Source: an uncultured Victivallales bacterium (GTDB taxonomy: Bacteria > Verrucomicrobiota > Kiritimatiellia > UBA8416). Taken from it: DNA of 64,000 nt. The notes beneath the pieces are model-generated. The model was not told where the DNA came from, searched no databases, and saw nothing but the letters and a program-made list of their open reading frames with translations. A program made the translations under genes and the position numbers. Positions within the stretch are counted from its first letter, which is position 1; each line of letters starts with the position of its first letter. The stretch spans positions 3,209-67,208 of the forward strand of contig CAYLXP010000005.1 in NCBI GenBank assembly GCA_964387425.1. Reading direction: 5' to 3'. Shown piece by piece: positions 41,323 to 52,100 of the stretch.

Positions 41323-42132
41323 ATGAGGCGCAATATCTCGGTTGATATTCAGCTTGAGCGGCATGAAGCGAAATATGTCGTGCCATACGACGTGGCGCGG
41401 AAGGCCGTTGAGTTTGCTGCTCCATTTTGCACGCCTGATCCGCACGGCAGCGGGACACCGGCTGAATATGTGATTACGACGCTACAGCTTGATAATCACG
41501 CCTTGAGTCTGCATCGAGCCAAGGAGTGGGAGGCCTATGACCGCTTCAAGCTGAGAGTCAGGACATATGGAGATCCCGTGGGCAATGCCCCGGTGTTCAT
41601 GGAGGTGAAGCAGAAAACCGGCGCCAACATCGTAAAGAGCCGCTGCCGCGTCCCGTTTGAGATATGGGGTGAGGATCTCATCCGGAATCCCGAGCAGATC
41701 ATGGGAGAGTTTGATTCGGAGGCCGAGCGTGACGGTTTTCTCAAGTTCGTCAGGCTGACCCGTGAGATTGGGGCGGAGCCTTTCGCGCTGGTCAGGTACA
41801 CGCGCGAGTCATATTTTGGCTGGAACGATCACTATGCACGCATTAGTGTGGACCGGCGTTTGCTGTATCAGCCGACACGCTCGTGGGATGACTGGGGGCG
41901 CAGCGGAAAGTGGCGTGCGATGGATACGACGACGGCGCAGGGCAAGGGCTTTCCGTATTCCGGCGTTGTCCTCGAGTTGAAAACGCTGGGTGATGCGCCG
42001 CTCTGGATGATTGAGCTTGTGGAGTATCTTGGTCTTGAGCGAATGGGGAACTGCAAGTACTCAACAGCAGTGTGGCAGGAGCTGATGTTCCGGGGCGATG
42101 CTGATCGCCTGGATCGGTTTCAGGGAATATAG
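41323..42132 (+). CDS. VTC (polyphosphate polymerase-like, CYTH tunnel) domain protein
   Basis: RHEAKY, RFKLRVRTYG, FMEVKQK, KSR, YTRESY, RISVD, VLELK, CKY. Confidence 0.9.
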   Translation: MRRNISVDIQLERHEAKYVVPYDVARKAVEFAAPFCTPDPHGSGTPAEYVITTLQLDNHALSLHRAKEWEAYDRFKLRVRTYGDPVGNAPVFMEVKQKTGANIVKSRCRVPFEIWGEDLIRNPEQIMGEFDSEAERDGFLKFVRLTREIGAEPFALVRYTRESYFGWNDHYARISVDRRLLYQPTRSWDDWGRSGKWRAMDTTTAQGKGFPYSGVVLELKTLGDAPLWMIELVEYLGLERMGNCKYSTAVWQELMFRGDADRLDRFQGI

Positions 42133-42143
42133 GGAGTATAAGG

Positions 42144-42827
42144 ATGGAAGAGTTTGTTAGTGCGCTTGGTGCTGCCCGCATGCTCAATGCCGAGCAGATC
42201 ATCTGCTCGCTGCTGATGAGTTTCGTGCTCTGTTCGATCTATGCGTTCATCTATCGGATCACGTTCCAGGGGCTGTCCTACTCCCGGGGATTCATCCATG
42301 CCATGATCCTGGGCGGCATGATAGTGGCCATGATGATTATGGCGATCGGCAACAACCTGGCCCGGGGCCTGGGCATCCTCGGTACACTGGCCATTGTCCG
42401 TTTCCGGACGCCGATCCGGGATTCGCGCGACATGGTCTTCCTTTTCGTATGTCTCGGCACGGGCATAGCCTGCGGGGCGGGGACATACGAGGTGGCCGTG
42501 ATTGGGACCGTGATGATCTGCCTGGTCGCGTTGCTCCTCAACTACTCCCCCTATGCGTCACGCCGAAACTACGAGGGACTCCTGACATTCGTGGTGCCTG
42601 CCGAGGCGGGCGCCGACCGGGAGATTACCGACGTGATGCAGCTATGCTGTGCCGCGTTCCACATGATCGCCATGCGCGAGGCCGTGCAGGGGGATGCGGT
42701 GGAGTACTCCTACCAGGTGCGGTTGCTGGATCCTTCCTATCAGCAGGAGTTGATTGAGAAGCTGGCCGCCATCGAGGGTGTTGAAAACGCGCAGCTGATG
42801 ATGCAGCGGACAACGGTGGAGCTGTAG
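42144..42827 (+). CDS. DUF4956-family membrane protein
   Basis: IGNNLARGLGILGTLAIVRFRTPIRDSRDM, GIACGAG; C-terminal ACT-like domain. Confidence 0.9.
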   Translation: MEEFVSALGAARMLNAEQIICSLLMSFVLCSIYAFIYRITFQGLSYSRGFIHAMILGGMIVAMMIMAIGNNLARGLGILGTLAIVRFRTPIRDSRDMVFLFVCLGTGIACGAGTYEVAVIGTVMICLVALLLNYSPYASRRNYEGLLTFVVPAEAGADREITDVMQLCCAAFHMIAMREAVQGDAVEYSYQVRLLDPSYQQELIEKLAAIEGVENAQLMMQRTTVEL

Positions 42828-42828
42828 C

Positions 42829-43950
42829 ATGAGAAAATCCTATCAGCGTGCCAACATATCGAGACATCCGAGGGTCATCATGGCCCGCATAAAGCAGGGC
42901 TGGCCCGTTGTCATCTGGATCCTGGCTGCGGCGGGGGCCGCCTTTCTCTACTTCCATTCCGGCAACTTCACGAGCATGACCGGTGCCGTGGTTGCCGTTG
43001 TAGAGCCCGTTGCGCCATTGCAGACAGGGCGCCTGCTCTCCCTGGAGGTCGCCCTGGGAGACCGCGTCAAGGCGGGCGATACGATTGCTGTCATGGATGC
43101 GTCGCTGCTGGATGCGCGCCTGTCGGTCGAGGAGGCCCGCATGATTGAGGCCGAGCAGACCGTATCTGGCTTTGAGCAGGGCATGATGCGCCTGGCGCTC
43201 GATGCCGACACGGCCCGGCATCGGGCCGAGCTTGAATTGCAGAACGTCAGAATGACGTACGAAGCGCAGCAGGCTGAACTGGCCGAGCTCAAACGCGAAC
43301 TGAAGCGCCGGGAGAGTCTGCTCGCGGCGGGGCTGGATGAAGCCAGCGCGGTGGCCGAGCTGCGACCGAGGATTGCCCAGCTCAGCAAGGAGATCGAGCT
43401 GTTTCCTGCTGTTGAGGAGATTAGCCTTAAGCGCGTCGAAGGTGCGATTCGCCAGATGGACGCGTTGCGAGCGTCGCTGGAGATTGACGCCGACGCGTCC
43501 GTACTGGAGTCCATCCGGGATCGGGCCGAAGCCCAACGGGGCGTTCTACGAGCGTCCATGGAAAGACGCCTGCTGGAGAAAGACACCTATGTGCTGAAAG
43601 CCCGGCGCGATGGAATCGTCTCGCGGATCTTTGCCATGCCCGGCGATGTCATTGGGGCGGGCGATGTGATCCTGCGGTTGGTGTCAGAGACGTCCGATTC
43701 CATCGAGGGGTTCCTGCCGGAACACTACATCGCGTCCCTCCACATCGGCCAGGAGGTTAGGATCGAACGCATTTCAGGGCAGGGGACCTTCAAGGCTGCC
43801 GTAACGGCGATCGCCCCCGAGATCCAAACCTTGCCGGGGCGTGTCAGCCCGATCCGAAACCAGCCCATCCGGGGACGTCGCGTTTTGCTTTCGATTGTTG
43901 GCGAGCATCCGCTTATTCCCGGTGAGACTGTAAGGGTGTTGGCGCGATGA
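42829..43950 (+). CDS. HlyD-family periplasmic adaptor / membrane-fusion protein
   Basis: N-terminal TM, split lipoyl motifs (VALGDRVKAGD; LKARRDGIV..PGDVIGAG), long coiled coil, ends LIPGETVRV. Confidence 0.88.
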   Translation: MRKSYQRANISRHPRVIMARIKQGWPVVIWILAAAGAAFLYFHSGNFTSMTGAVVAVVEPVAPLQTGRLLSLEVALGDRVKAGDTIAVMDASLLDARLSVEEARMIEAEQTVSGFEQGMMRLALDADTARHRAELELQNVRMTYEAQQAELAELKRELKRRESLLAAGLDEASAVAELRPRIAQLSKEIELFPAVEEISLKRVEGAIRQMDALRASLEIDADASVLESIRDRAEAQRGVLRASMERRLLEKDTYVLKARRDGIVSRIFAMPGDVIGAGDVILRLVSETSDSIEGFLPEHYIASLHIGQEVRIERISGQGTFKAAVTAIAPEIQTLPGRVSPIRNQPIRGRRVLLSIVGEHPLIPGETVRVLAR

Positions 43951-43984
43951 GGCAGGGCAATCGCATTTCGGGAGGCGCTGAATC

Positions 43985-45514
43985 GTGAGTACCGTTTCTC
44001 CATCCCTGCGTTTGCTTCTGCTGGGCTGTGTGATGGCGATGCCCGCCCACGTCTTGTCTGACGACGACATCGTGGTTGCAGACGACGTGGTGACCGAACG
44101 CGTGGTTGACCTTCAGACGTTGGCCGCACTGGTGATTCAAAATGATCCTGCGCTGGAAGCGTTCCGGGGAGCGATTGCCGATGCCGATTTCAGAGTTGCG
44201 GGGGCTGCGCGTGGGCGCGATCCCGAGGTTCGTCTCCGGTATGGGGAACTGAGTGGCTGGTCGGTGCCCGGTTCATACACAGAGACCTCGAGCGAGGCGA
44301 TCAAGGAGGACGGCCTGCCGTTCGTCACGAGTATGCGGGAGACCACCACCAGGGTGACGCCTCACAGTACGGGCGAAACCGTCGAAGAGACGGTGACGGA
44401 GTGGGGGTACCCGAGAAGTGAGTCTGTTGAACAGCGCAACTACGGTCGCGACGCTTATCCGGGGCGAAGCAGCTTCTCCGTCCAACTAAGGCTCTTTCCC
44501 AGCAATCCGTTCATGGAGAAGGCCGCCCGCGACCAGCAGGTTGCGGTCCGTGATGAAGCCAAGCTGGGACTGGAGACGGAGCTGCAGCGTGCGGCACTTG
44601 CCGTGGCACGCGAGCATCGCGAGATCCAGTTCATGCTGGCCGAGCTGAAGCTGATGCGGCGCCAGGCCAAACTGCTCACCGATGACCTCAAGGGTCTATC
44701 CGAGCTGAAGGCGGCTTTTGCCATCAGCCCCGTGGACTATCACAAGCGGCGCACGGAAGCGTTGATCTACCTCTCCCGGCTGAACGAGCTCAAGGGGGCG
44801 ATTGGCGATGCATCGGCCCGGCTCAAGGCCCGGGCCACGCTTGGCGAGAGCGACCGCATTGCGTTTGCCGGCAACCTTTATCCGCCCGGTGTGAATTTCG
44901 GACTTCTTGACCAGGATCGGCTGGTCGAGTTGGCGATGAAGCGCAATCCTGACCTGGGCTCAGTACGCGTCGCCAAGTCGAGCGTGGACAGTGACATCCG
45001 TGCGCACCGGGCTGAGAGCATTCCGTGGCTATCATCGGTATCGGTCAATGTTGGTGGCGACGACTCCGATAATGGTCAGACCCGGGATGAGTGGGGCGTC
45101 TATGCCGGCGTTAACCTCCCGGTTGGCGCGTGGCTTGATGGCAAATCGCGGCAAGCGCTCGAGTCGCGACGCAAGAGTCTTGACCGGCAGGAGCTTGCGA
45201 CGCGTTTGCAGCTCGAGTTCGCCGTCCGCGGTCTCTGCCAATCCATCGTGTCGGCCCAGTCCGACTGGGATGCCTACGCTGACGGTGCGCGGGCGACTAA
45301 GAGCGGCATCACGCAGCAGATGGAGTCCATCGTGGGCAATGACCTTACGACACGACGAATGCAGTTGGGCCTGAACGAATCACTCATCGAGATCGAGGAG
45401 CAGCGCATCAGGCTGGCACACCGGTTGAGCCTGCTGCTGTTCGATCTGTGCGACACCATCGGCTGCGACCTGGACCTTGTGCTGGCGACGGGCATGGCGG
45501 GTGCTTCGGAGTAG
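43985..45514 (+). CDS. TolC-like outer-membrane efflux protein
   Basis: Signal peptide; two repeats of AL..NP.L...(D)P.V.V with VNLP strand and coiled helices; follows HlyD. Confidence 0.78.
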   Translation: MSTVSPSLRLLLLGCVMAMPAHVLSDDDIVVADDVVTERVVDLQTLAALVIQNDPALEAFRGAIADADFRVAGAARGRDPEVRLRYGELSGWSVPGSYTETSSEAIKEDGLPFVTSMRETTTRVTPHSTGETVEETVTEWGYPRSESVEQRNYGRDAYPGRSSFSVQLRLFPSNPFMEKAARDQQVAVRDEAKLGLETELQRAALAVAREHREIQFMLAELKLMRRQAKLLTDDLKGLSELKAAFAISPVDYHKRRTEALIYLSRLNELKGAIGDASARLKARATLGESDRIAFAGNLYPPGVNFGLLDQDRLVELAMKRNPDLGSVRVAKSSVDSDIRAHRAESIPWLSSVSVNVGGDDSDNGQTRDEWGVYAGVNLPVGAWLDGKSRQALESRRKSLDRQELATRLQLEFAVRGLCQSIVSAQSDWDAYADGARATKSGITQQMESIVGNDLTTRRMQLGLNESLIEIEEQRIRLAHRLSLLLFDLCDTIGCDLDLVLATGMAGASE

Positions 45515-45571
45515 TTCAATCCCTGCGGCGTGTCTTCGCCTGGCCATTCAGGGATGACACATGGGGTTGAA

Positions 45572-45665
45572 CGAACATCGAACATCGAACGTCCAACACT
45601 GAACGTCGAAGTTGGGAGTCTCTCCCTTCAATGTTCTGTGTTCAATGTTCGATGTTGGACGTTCG
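45572..45665. repeat. Heptamer inverted repeat, copy 2, between convergent genes
   Basis: CGAACATCGAACATCGAACGTCCAACACTGAACGTCGAAG ... CTTCAATGTTCTGTGTTCAATGTTCGATGTTGGACGTTCG. Confidence 0.8.
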
Positions 45666-45674
45666 GCCTAGCTA

Positions 45675-46787
45675 CTACCCCTTCAACCCCGTCATCGAGA
45701 TGCCTTCGATGAAGGTGCGCTGTGTGAAGAAGAACAGCACAATGATGGGCAGCGCGACGATGGTGCTGGCGGCCATGAGATAGTGCCATTCCGTACCCCC
45801 GGACTGGCTCTGGAAGAACTGCAGGCCGAGCGCAAGTGTGAAGTCCTGCTGGTCGGTTAGATAGATCAACGGCCCGAGGAAGTCGTTCCACGTGTACATA
45901 AACTGGAAGAGACCGACGACCATCAATGCGGGGCGGCAAAGCGGCAGCATAATCTGCCAGAAGATTCTGAATTCGCTGCACCCGTCGACGCGGGCCGCGT
46001 CGGAGAGGTCTTTCGGGATGGTCAGGAAGAACTGCCGCAAGAGAAATACATTGAATGCGCCTGCAAAAAAAGCCCCCACCCAGAGTGGCCGCAAGGTCCC
46101 GATCCATCCGAGCCAGCGAAACATGCAGTAGAGCGGGACCATGACAACGGGGAAGGGGATCATCATCGTTCCCAGTGCAAGGATGAACACCTTGTCACGG
46201 CCTTTCCACGAGACGCAGGCAAAGCCATAGGCGGCCAGGGCGCTGGAGAGTACCGTTCCCAACACGGTCAAGAAGCAGAGGATGAGTGTGTTCTTGAGAT
46301 AGACCGGGAACATCCCCATGGCTTTGACCGCGTTAACGTAGTTCTTCCAGCGGAACGCGACCTTCCGGCTGATTGCGCTGATGGGGACTGCGATGCGGCT
46401 TTCGTCTTCTTCCGTTGATATCATCGCCCATGGGGCGTCGGGCGATGCGCTGACGGACTGCAGAACGGTGACGGGTTCCCCCTGCCCGTTCTTCAGAATC
46501 AACTTCCCTTCGCGGATGCTGGACTGGGGCACAACCAGTACTCGCGACTCACCGACGCGCTGTATCACGCAGGCAGGCTCTTCAATGGTGATGCCACGCC
46601 GTATCGGCAGTTGTTCTCCGTCAACATTCGCATAGAGCTGATAAGGGACCCAGGTCGGAGGGAGTGACATTGTCTGTTCAATCGGTTTCAGCGCTGTCGA
46701 GATCATCCAGACCAGGGGGAATAGAAAAATGACTGCCCCTCCCAGCAGGGCGGCGTAGACCATGAGTCGTGCTACAAGCCGCTTCAT
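45675..46787 (-). CDS. Carbohydrate ABC transporter permease (MalG-type) with a large periplasmic insertion
   Basis: FLLRQFFLTIPKDLSDAARVDGCS (EAA loop), WNDFLGPLIY, QRTFIEGI. Confidence 0.93.
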   Translation of the reverse strand: MKRLVARLMVYAALLGGAVIFLFPLVWMISTALKPIEQTMSLPPTWVPYQLYANVDGEQLPIRRGITIEEPACVIQRVGESRVLVVPQSSIREGKLILKNGQGEPVTVLQSVSASPDAPWAMISTEEDESRIAVPISAISRKVAFRWKNYVNAVKAMGMFPVYLKNTLILCFLTVLGTVLSSALAAYGFACVSWKGRDKVFILALGTMMIPFPVVMVPLYCMFRWLGWIGTLRPLWVGAFFAGAFNVFLLRQFFLTIPKDLSDAARVDGCSEFRIFWQIMLPLCRPALMVVGLFQFMYTWNDFLGPLIYLTDQQDFTLALGLQFFQSQSGGTEWHYLMAASTIVALPIIVLFFFTQRTFIEGISMTGLKG

Positions 46788-47674
46788 GCGTCACCTCCCG
46801 CGTAGTGGACGTATCTGCGGGAAAGTCGTGTTGCCAGCAGGGTAAGCGCCATGATGAGAATGAAGAGGACCCATGCCATGGCGCAGGCATATCCCATCTG
46901 GCGGTACTCGAACGCATTCTGAAACAGGTAGACGGCATAAAACAGGGCGGAACGGTTCGGCCCACCGCCCCCCAGCATGATGTAGGGTTGGGCGAATACC
47001 TGCAGTGATCCGATGATGCCCATAATGAGGTTGAAGTAGATCACGGGGGAGATTGATGGAATGGTGATGTTCCACAGCTTTGCCCACGCCGTTGCGCCGT
47101 CTATCTCTGCCGACTCGTACAGCGTGCGGGGAACATCCTGCAGTGCCGCCAGGTAGATGACGACGGTATTGCCGATACCCCAGAGCGACATGAGCACGAG
47201 AGACGGTTTCGTCCATTTCTCGTCTGCCAGCCATTGTGGCCCCTCGATGCCGAACCAGCTCAGTGCGTGATTGATCAGGCCGTAGCTACCGTTCAGGAGC
47301 CACCACCACAGGATGGCGCTGGCGACGATGGGGACGAGTGACGGTAGGAAGAATATTGTCCGGAAGATGGAGCGTCCCTTGATTGGCTGGTTCAGCAGCA
47401 CCGCGACCAGCAAGGATACCACCATGCCGAGCGGAAGAGAGAGCGCCGCGTAGTAGAGGGTGTTAACCAGGGACTTCCAGAAGACCGAATCCGTCACCAT
47501 GTCCCGGTAGTTGAGCGTGCCGATCCAAACGGGGCTTTGTAGCACGTCATAGTCACAGAACGAGAAGTAGACGGAGGCGACCAGGGGGTAGAGAGAGAAC
47601 GCAAGGAACCCGATAATCCAGGGGCTGATGAAGGCCAGTCCGGTGCGGAGGTTGTTGCGCTCACCGCGTGTCAT
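46784..47674 (-). CDS. Carbohydrate ABC transporter permease (MalF-type)
   Basis: FISPWIIGF, FRTIFFLPS, LYESAEIDGA, GYACAMAW; ATG at 47674. Confidence 0.93.
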   Translation of the reverse strand: MTRGERNNLRTGLAFISPWIIGFLAFSLYPLVASVYFSFCDYDVLQSPVWIGTLNYRDMVTDSVFWKSLVNTLYYAALSLPLGMVVSLLVAVLLNQPIKGRSIFRTIFFLPSLVPIVASAILWWWLLNGSYGLINHALSWFGIEGPQWLADEKWTKPSLVLMSLWGIGNTVVIYLAALQDVPRTLYESAEIDGATAWAKLWNITIPSISPVIYFNLIMGIIGSLQVFAQPYIMLGGGGPNRSALFYAVYLFQNAFEYRQMGYACAMAWVLFILIMALTLLATRLSRRYVHYAGGDA

Positions 47675-49076
47675 GAGTTCTCCATTCTTCCAATCGTTTG
47701 TCCTGGACGGCATCCCAACGGCGCATGACGCGAGCGAACTTCCAGCTGACGCGTTCCTGTACATCGTCGAGAGCCTCCGCGGCGCCGGCGGATTTGGCCA
47801 GGACGCGGTCAGCCGCCACCAGGAGCTCGCTCTTGTATTCGAACCACATGGCAAGCTGCGGGGTGCGCCGTGCCTGTGGACTCTTGGCCAGCTCAATGAA
47901 GACCTCAATCGCCGGGTTGGGGTGGCGCTTCACGAAGTCATCACTGTACTCAAGCAGGGGACTGAATTTGCGCTGTCCCAAGTTCAGCTTCTCAAGTGCA
48001 GGCCGGGTGTGAACGTACTTAATGAACTCGAATGCCTCGTCCGGGTGCTTTGCGCCACGCGGAATCACAAGGACATCAGATTCCGCGATCGTAACGTTCG
48101 GATAGCGTACGGGGTCCGACGACGGAAAGGGCGCTGCATTCCACTCGAGATGTGGCGCGTACTTCTGGATGAAGTTGTTCATCCAGGTTCCTTGCAGGGT
48201 CATCGCAACGCGCCCATCCAGAAACGGGTTCTGCGGTGACGCGAAGTTCCCGGAGGCGGCCCCGAATTTCCTCAGGTTGTCCACTCCATATTTTTCGGCG
48301 TACGATCCGACCCAGCGGTAGGCGGCCTGGACTCCCGGACTACTGGCCGTGATGGTTCGTTCTCCATCCCAGAGCTCGCCCCCAAACCACCAGCACCACT
48401 GTTCCATCCACCAGCCCGGCTCCTGGGGCAGGTGTCCAATCTGGATGATGTCGAATTCCTTGCCGGCTTGTTCGGAGGGCGTCAGTTCGGGGTAGCGTAG
48501 TCGAACGCGTTTGCCGTTTCGATTGACCTCAACGACGGTGAGCTGCTCGGTAAATAGCTCCAATTCAGCGAGAGAGCTGGGAGGTCTGTCGGGATCCAGT
48601 CCGGCATCGCGAAAGAGACGTTTGTTCCAATGCAGGGCAAGTGTTGCCGGCGCTGATGGCAGCCCCCACGTGAACCCGCGATGTTGGCAGAGCTGCCATA
48701 TAACGGGGATGTAAAGGTCCCCTGTGATACCTGCAACCTTCAGGCGTCCATCGAGTGGAATGAGCGCGCCCTTTTCCGCGAAGTCCGGGATATTCTGAGA
48801 CCAGAGTCCGGCTACATCCGGAGGATTGCCGCCGGCGGCTGCGAGCAGGAGCTTCTGATCGATCAGGCCGACACTCAGCATGCGTACTTCGATGCGATCC
48901 TGGGATGCGTTGAAGTCATCGATGACGGCCTGCATGGCTTCAGCTTCAAATCCCGTCCATTTCTCCCAGTAGTGAACGATGGTGCGCCCGCCGTTCGACT
49001 CCGATGAACGGGGGGCACAGGAGATTCCACAGGCGGCGATGAGCCCGGCGACCACAACTGTTCGAATGACATGCAT
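47661..49076 (-). CDS. Carbohydrate ABC transporter substrate-binding lipoprotein
   Basis: Lipobox-like Cys, GNPPDV, LHWNKRLFRDAGLD, FLDGRVAM..GTW, HPDEAFEFIKY. Confidence 0.92.
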   Translation of the reverse strand: MHVIRTVVVAGLIAACGISCAPRSSESNGGRTIVHYWEKWTGFEAEAMQAVIDDFNASQDRIEVRMLSVGLIDQKLLLAAAGGNPPDVAGLWSQNIPDFAEKGALIPLDGRLKVAGITGDLYIPVIWQLCQHRGFTWGLPSAPATLALHWNKRLFRDAGLDPDRPPSSLAELELFTEQLTVVEVNRNGKRVRLRYPELTPSEQAGKEFDIIQIGHLPQEPGWWMEQWCWWFGGELWDGERTITASSPGVQAAYRWVGSYAEKYGVDNLRKFGAASGNFASPQNPFLDGRVAMTLQGTWMNNFIQKYAPHLEWNAAPFPSSDPVRYPNVTIAESDVLVIPRGAKHPDEAFEFIKYVHTRPALEKLNLGQRKFSPLLEYSDDFVKRHPNPAIEVFIELAKSPQARRTPQLAMWFEYKSELLVAADRVLAKSAGAAEALDDVQERVSWKFARVMRRWDAVQDKRLEEWRTHDTR

Positions 49077-49191
49077 CAGTGTTAGTGTCTATCAGGATTT
49101 CGTTCTGTTTGTCTATTGGGGGTTTGGCAGGTAGTGGCTATAGTCACTGAACACGACGATTAAGTACCCTCTATACTGACAGGGAGCTCGA

Positions 49192-52100
49192 ATGAGAACA
49201 ATGATGAGAACGGTCCTATGGGTTGCCACGATGGCGTGGCTGGTTGGAAGCGCGAATGCCGGAGTAACGGAGCTTGGCGGCGGGATTGCCGTGCAGTTGG
49301 GCTGCGGAGACGGGAAGGCCCTGGTCAAGCTGGCGTCGGACGGCAACTGCCTCGTGCACGGGCTGGACAAGGATGCCGGAACCGTGGCGAAAGCCAGGGA
49401 GTATCTCCGTTCGAAGAAGCTTTATGGTGATGTGTCGGTGGCCGTCTACGACGGCAAGACGCTTCCTTACGGCGACAATGTCGTCAACCTGATCACGGGT
49501 GACAGCCTGGGTGGGATATCGAAGCAGGAGGCCCTGCGTGTGCTCGTGCCGGGCGGCGCCATGGTTATTGACGGCAAGAAGACGGTCAAGCCTTGGCCCA
49601 AGAACATCGATGACTGGCCCCAGTATTTGAATAAGGCCGACAACAATGCGGTGGCCATGGACTCCGTGGTCGGGCCGCCACGCCGCCTGCAGTGGATGGA
49701 CAAACCAATCTGGGCTCGCTCGCACATGGCGATCTCGACTACGATTGCCTTGGTTTCGGGAAATGGCCGGTTGTTCTCCATTGAAGACACGGCTCCCACG
49801 GCAAATCCCTACCTTCCGACGGCATTCAAGATCGTTGCCCGCGATGCTTTCAACGGGCGAACGTTGTGGACGCGCGAGATCACCAACTGGGACAGCATCA
49901 CGATGTATATCAAGTGCCTGCCGGTGCAGCAGCAGCGTCGCATGGCTGTTGCCGGCGACACGCTATATTGCACGTTTGAGCTCGAGGGCGCGGTTTCTGC
50001 CATCGATGCTGCCACGGGTAAGGTGCTGAAGGTCTACAAGGGCACGGATCCCACGCAGGAGCTTGCCTATGATGATGGTATTCTCTTCCTCAACGTGGGC
50101 GAGCGCTTTCCGTCGGCGGCGTACAACATCGTGAAGACGAAGGGTAAGCCGTTCGTCGAAGGCGTGGATCCGTCACAGCCGTTCCACGGCAGCGGTTTTC
50201 GCGAGGGGTACGATCCGGAGATCCAGGACAAGGAGAACCCGGTCAGTGTGATCATGGCCGTGGACCCGAAGAGCGGAAAGACACTCTGGAAAACGGAACC
50301 GCTCAATAAGTATACGGCAGCGACCCTTTCCATCAAGAACGGCCGCGCAGTCTACCAGACCGCGGACGGCGTGTTCTGCGTCAACGCCCGCACGGGCGAA
50401 TCGCTCTGGGCCAACAAGAAGCCGATCATGAATGCGCTGGGGCACGACTCCGGAACTCCGGGCACACTGCCCAACACGATGGTGATCACGGACGACAAGG
50501 TCTTCTCCGTGGAACAGAAAACCGACAAACCCCAGAAGGCGTCCGTTCCCAAGTACACGCTGCGCACCTACTCGGTTGAAGACGGTAAGCTCCTCTGGGA
50601 GGCCCCCGTGGCGGGGAATTACGAAGCGTCGGCTGACATTTTCGTGGTGCATGGATCCCTTTGGGTCGGGGGCGGGGCGGCACCAGCCCAGTACAACATT
50701 GAAACGGGCGAAGTCATCAAGACGGTGAAGCAGAAGATGAATGGCCCCATGGGGCATGACCGTTGTTATCGGAACATGATCACGGAGCGGTACTACATCA
50801 ACAGCAAGACCGGTGGTGCCGATTTCATCAACCTGAAAACGGGAGAAGAACTTCCCCATCATTGGACGCGCGGCGGTTGCGGAATGGGTGTTTTGCCCGC
50901 CAATGGGCTTCTCTACTCCACGCCCTATTCCTGTGTGTGCAGTGTGGGGTCTATGTTCCAGGGTATGAATGCTTTTGCGCCCGTCTCCGGGCTGACCAAG
51001 TCGAATGATCCTGTTCCTGTTTCCCGTTCGGTTCGCCTGGAGAAGGGGCCGGCCTACGGAAAGGTGCGTGATGGTGCTCCGGCCGGTGTCGATGATTGGC
51101 CGGTCTATCGCTGTGACGGCGCGCGCAGCGGTATTGCCACGAGCAAGGCAAGCTCCGGCCTGAAACCCAAATGGACAGCAAAGCTAGCGACCCGTGGTAG
51201 CGCCCTGACAAGCGCGGCCGGCAAGGTGTTCGTTGCTGATATCGACACGCATACGCTGTACGCCCTGGATGGCGGCGATGGAGAGACGGTTTGGCAGTTC
51301 ACCGCTGACGGGCGAATCGATTCGCCACCTTCCTACTACAAGGGCATGGTCTTCTTCGGTTCGCGTGATGGCTGGCTGTATTGCCTGCGCGCAACAGATG
51401 GTGAGCTGGTATACCGCTTCAAGGATCTGCCTGACCGGTTGATCTGCGCTTTCGGTCAGTTCGAGTCTGCCTGGCCGGTCTCCGGCAGCGTCCTGGTGCT
51501 GGATGGCAAGATCTACTTTGCCGCGGGGCACTCCTCGTTCCTCGATGGCGGGATGTTCCTCTACTGCCTCGACCCTGCAACGGGCAAGGTGCTTAACAGC
51601 CGTGGGGTCTACGGTCCGTTCGACGAGACAACCGGATTCCCCGTGGCGGCCAAGGGTGCTGAAGCCCAGGCAGGTTTCAAAAATGGGATACTGGTGTCCC
51701 GGGGGGATGGGATTCACCTGCGTCAGAAGAGCTTCGGCGAGGACCTCTCAGATGCCTCAACAGGGCAGCCTCACATCCTCCCCATCACGGGATTCCTGGA
51801 CGCTCAGCCGCAGCACCGCACCGGTTGGATGTTGGCTTCTTCGGTTCGGTGGTGGCAGAGCGGCGTCAAGGACATCCTGGTGTCTGACGGCACGGATGCC
51901 TATGAGGTCGAAGGGTTCCCGGTCTACCACAATCACTCCTACTTCGACCCCCGGCGCAGCGGATACAAGCTGATAGCATCAACCGCCGGCGCGCCGCCAC
52001 CCGCGGAACCGGAAAAACCGAAGCGTGGAGGCAAGTCCAAGAAGAAAACCAAGAGTCGCGGCTCACAGAGGTCGGAGAAGTGGCGCACGAATATTCCCAT

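Noticed and set aside
45675-49076. Missing ATPase in the sugar ABC operon as an anomaly
   Set aside because: CUT1 transporters commonly share a distant MsmK/MalK-type ATPase
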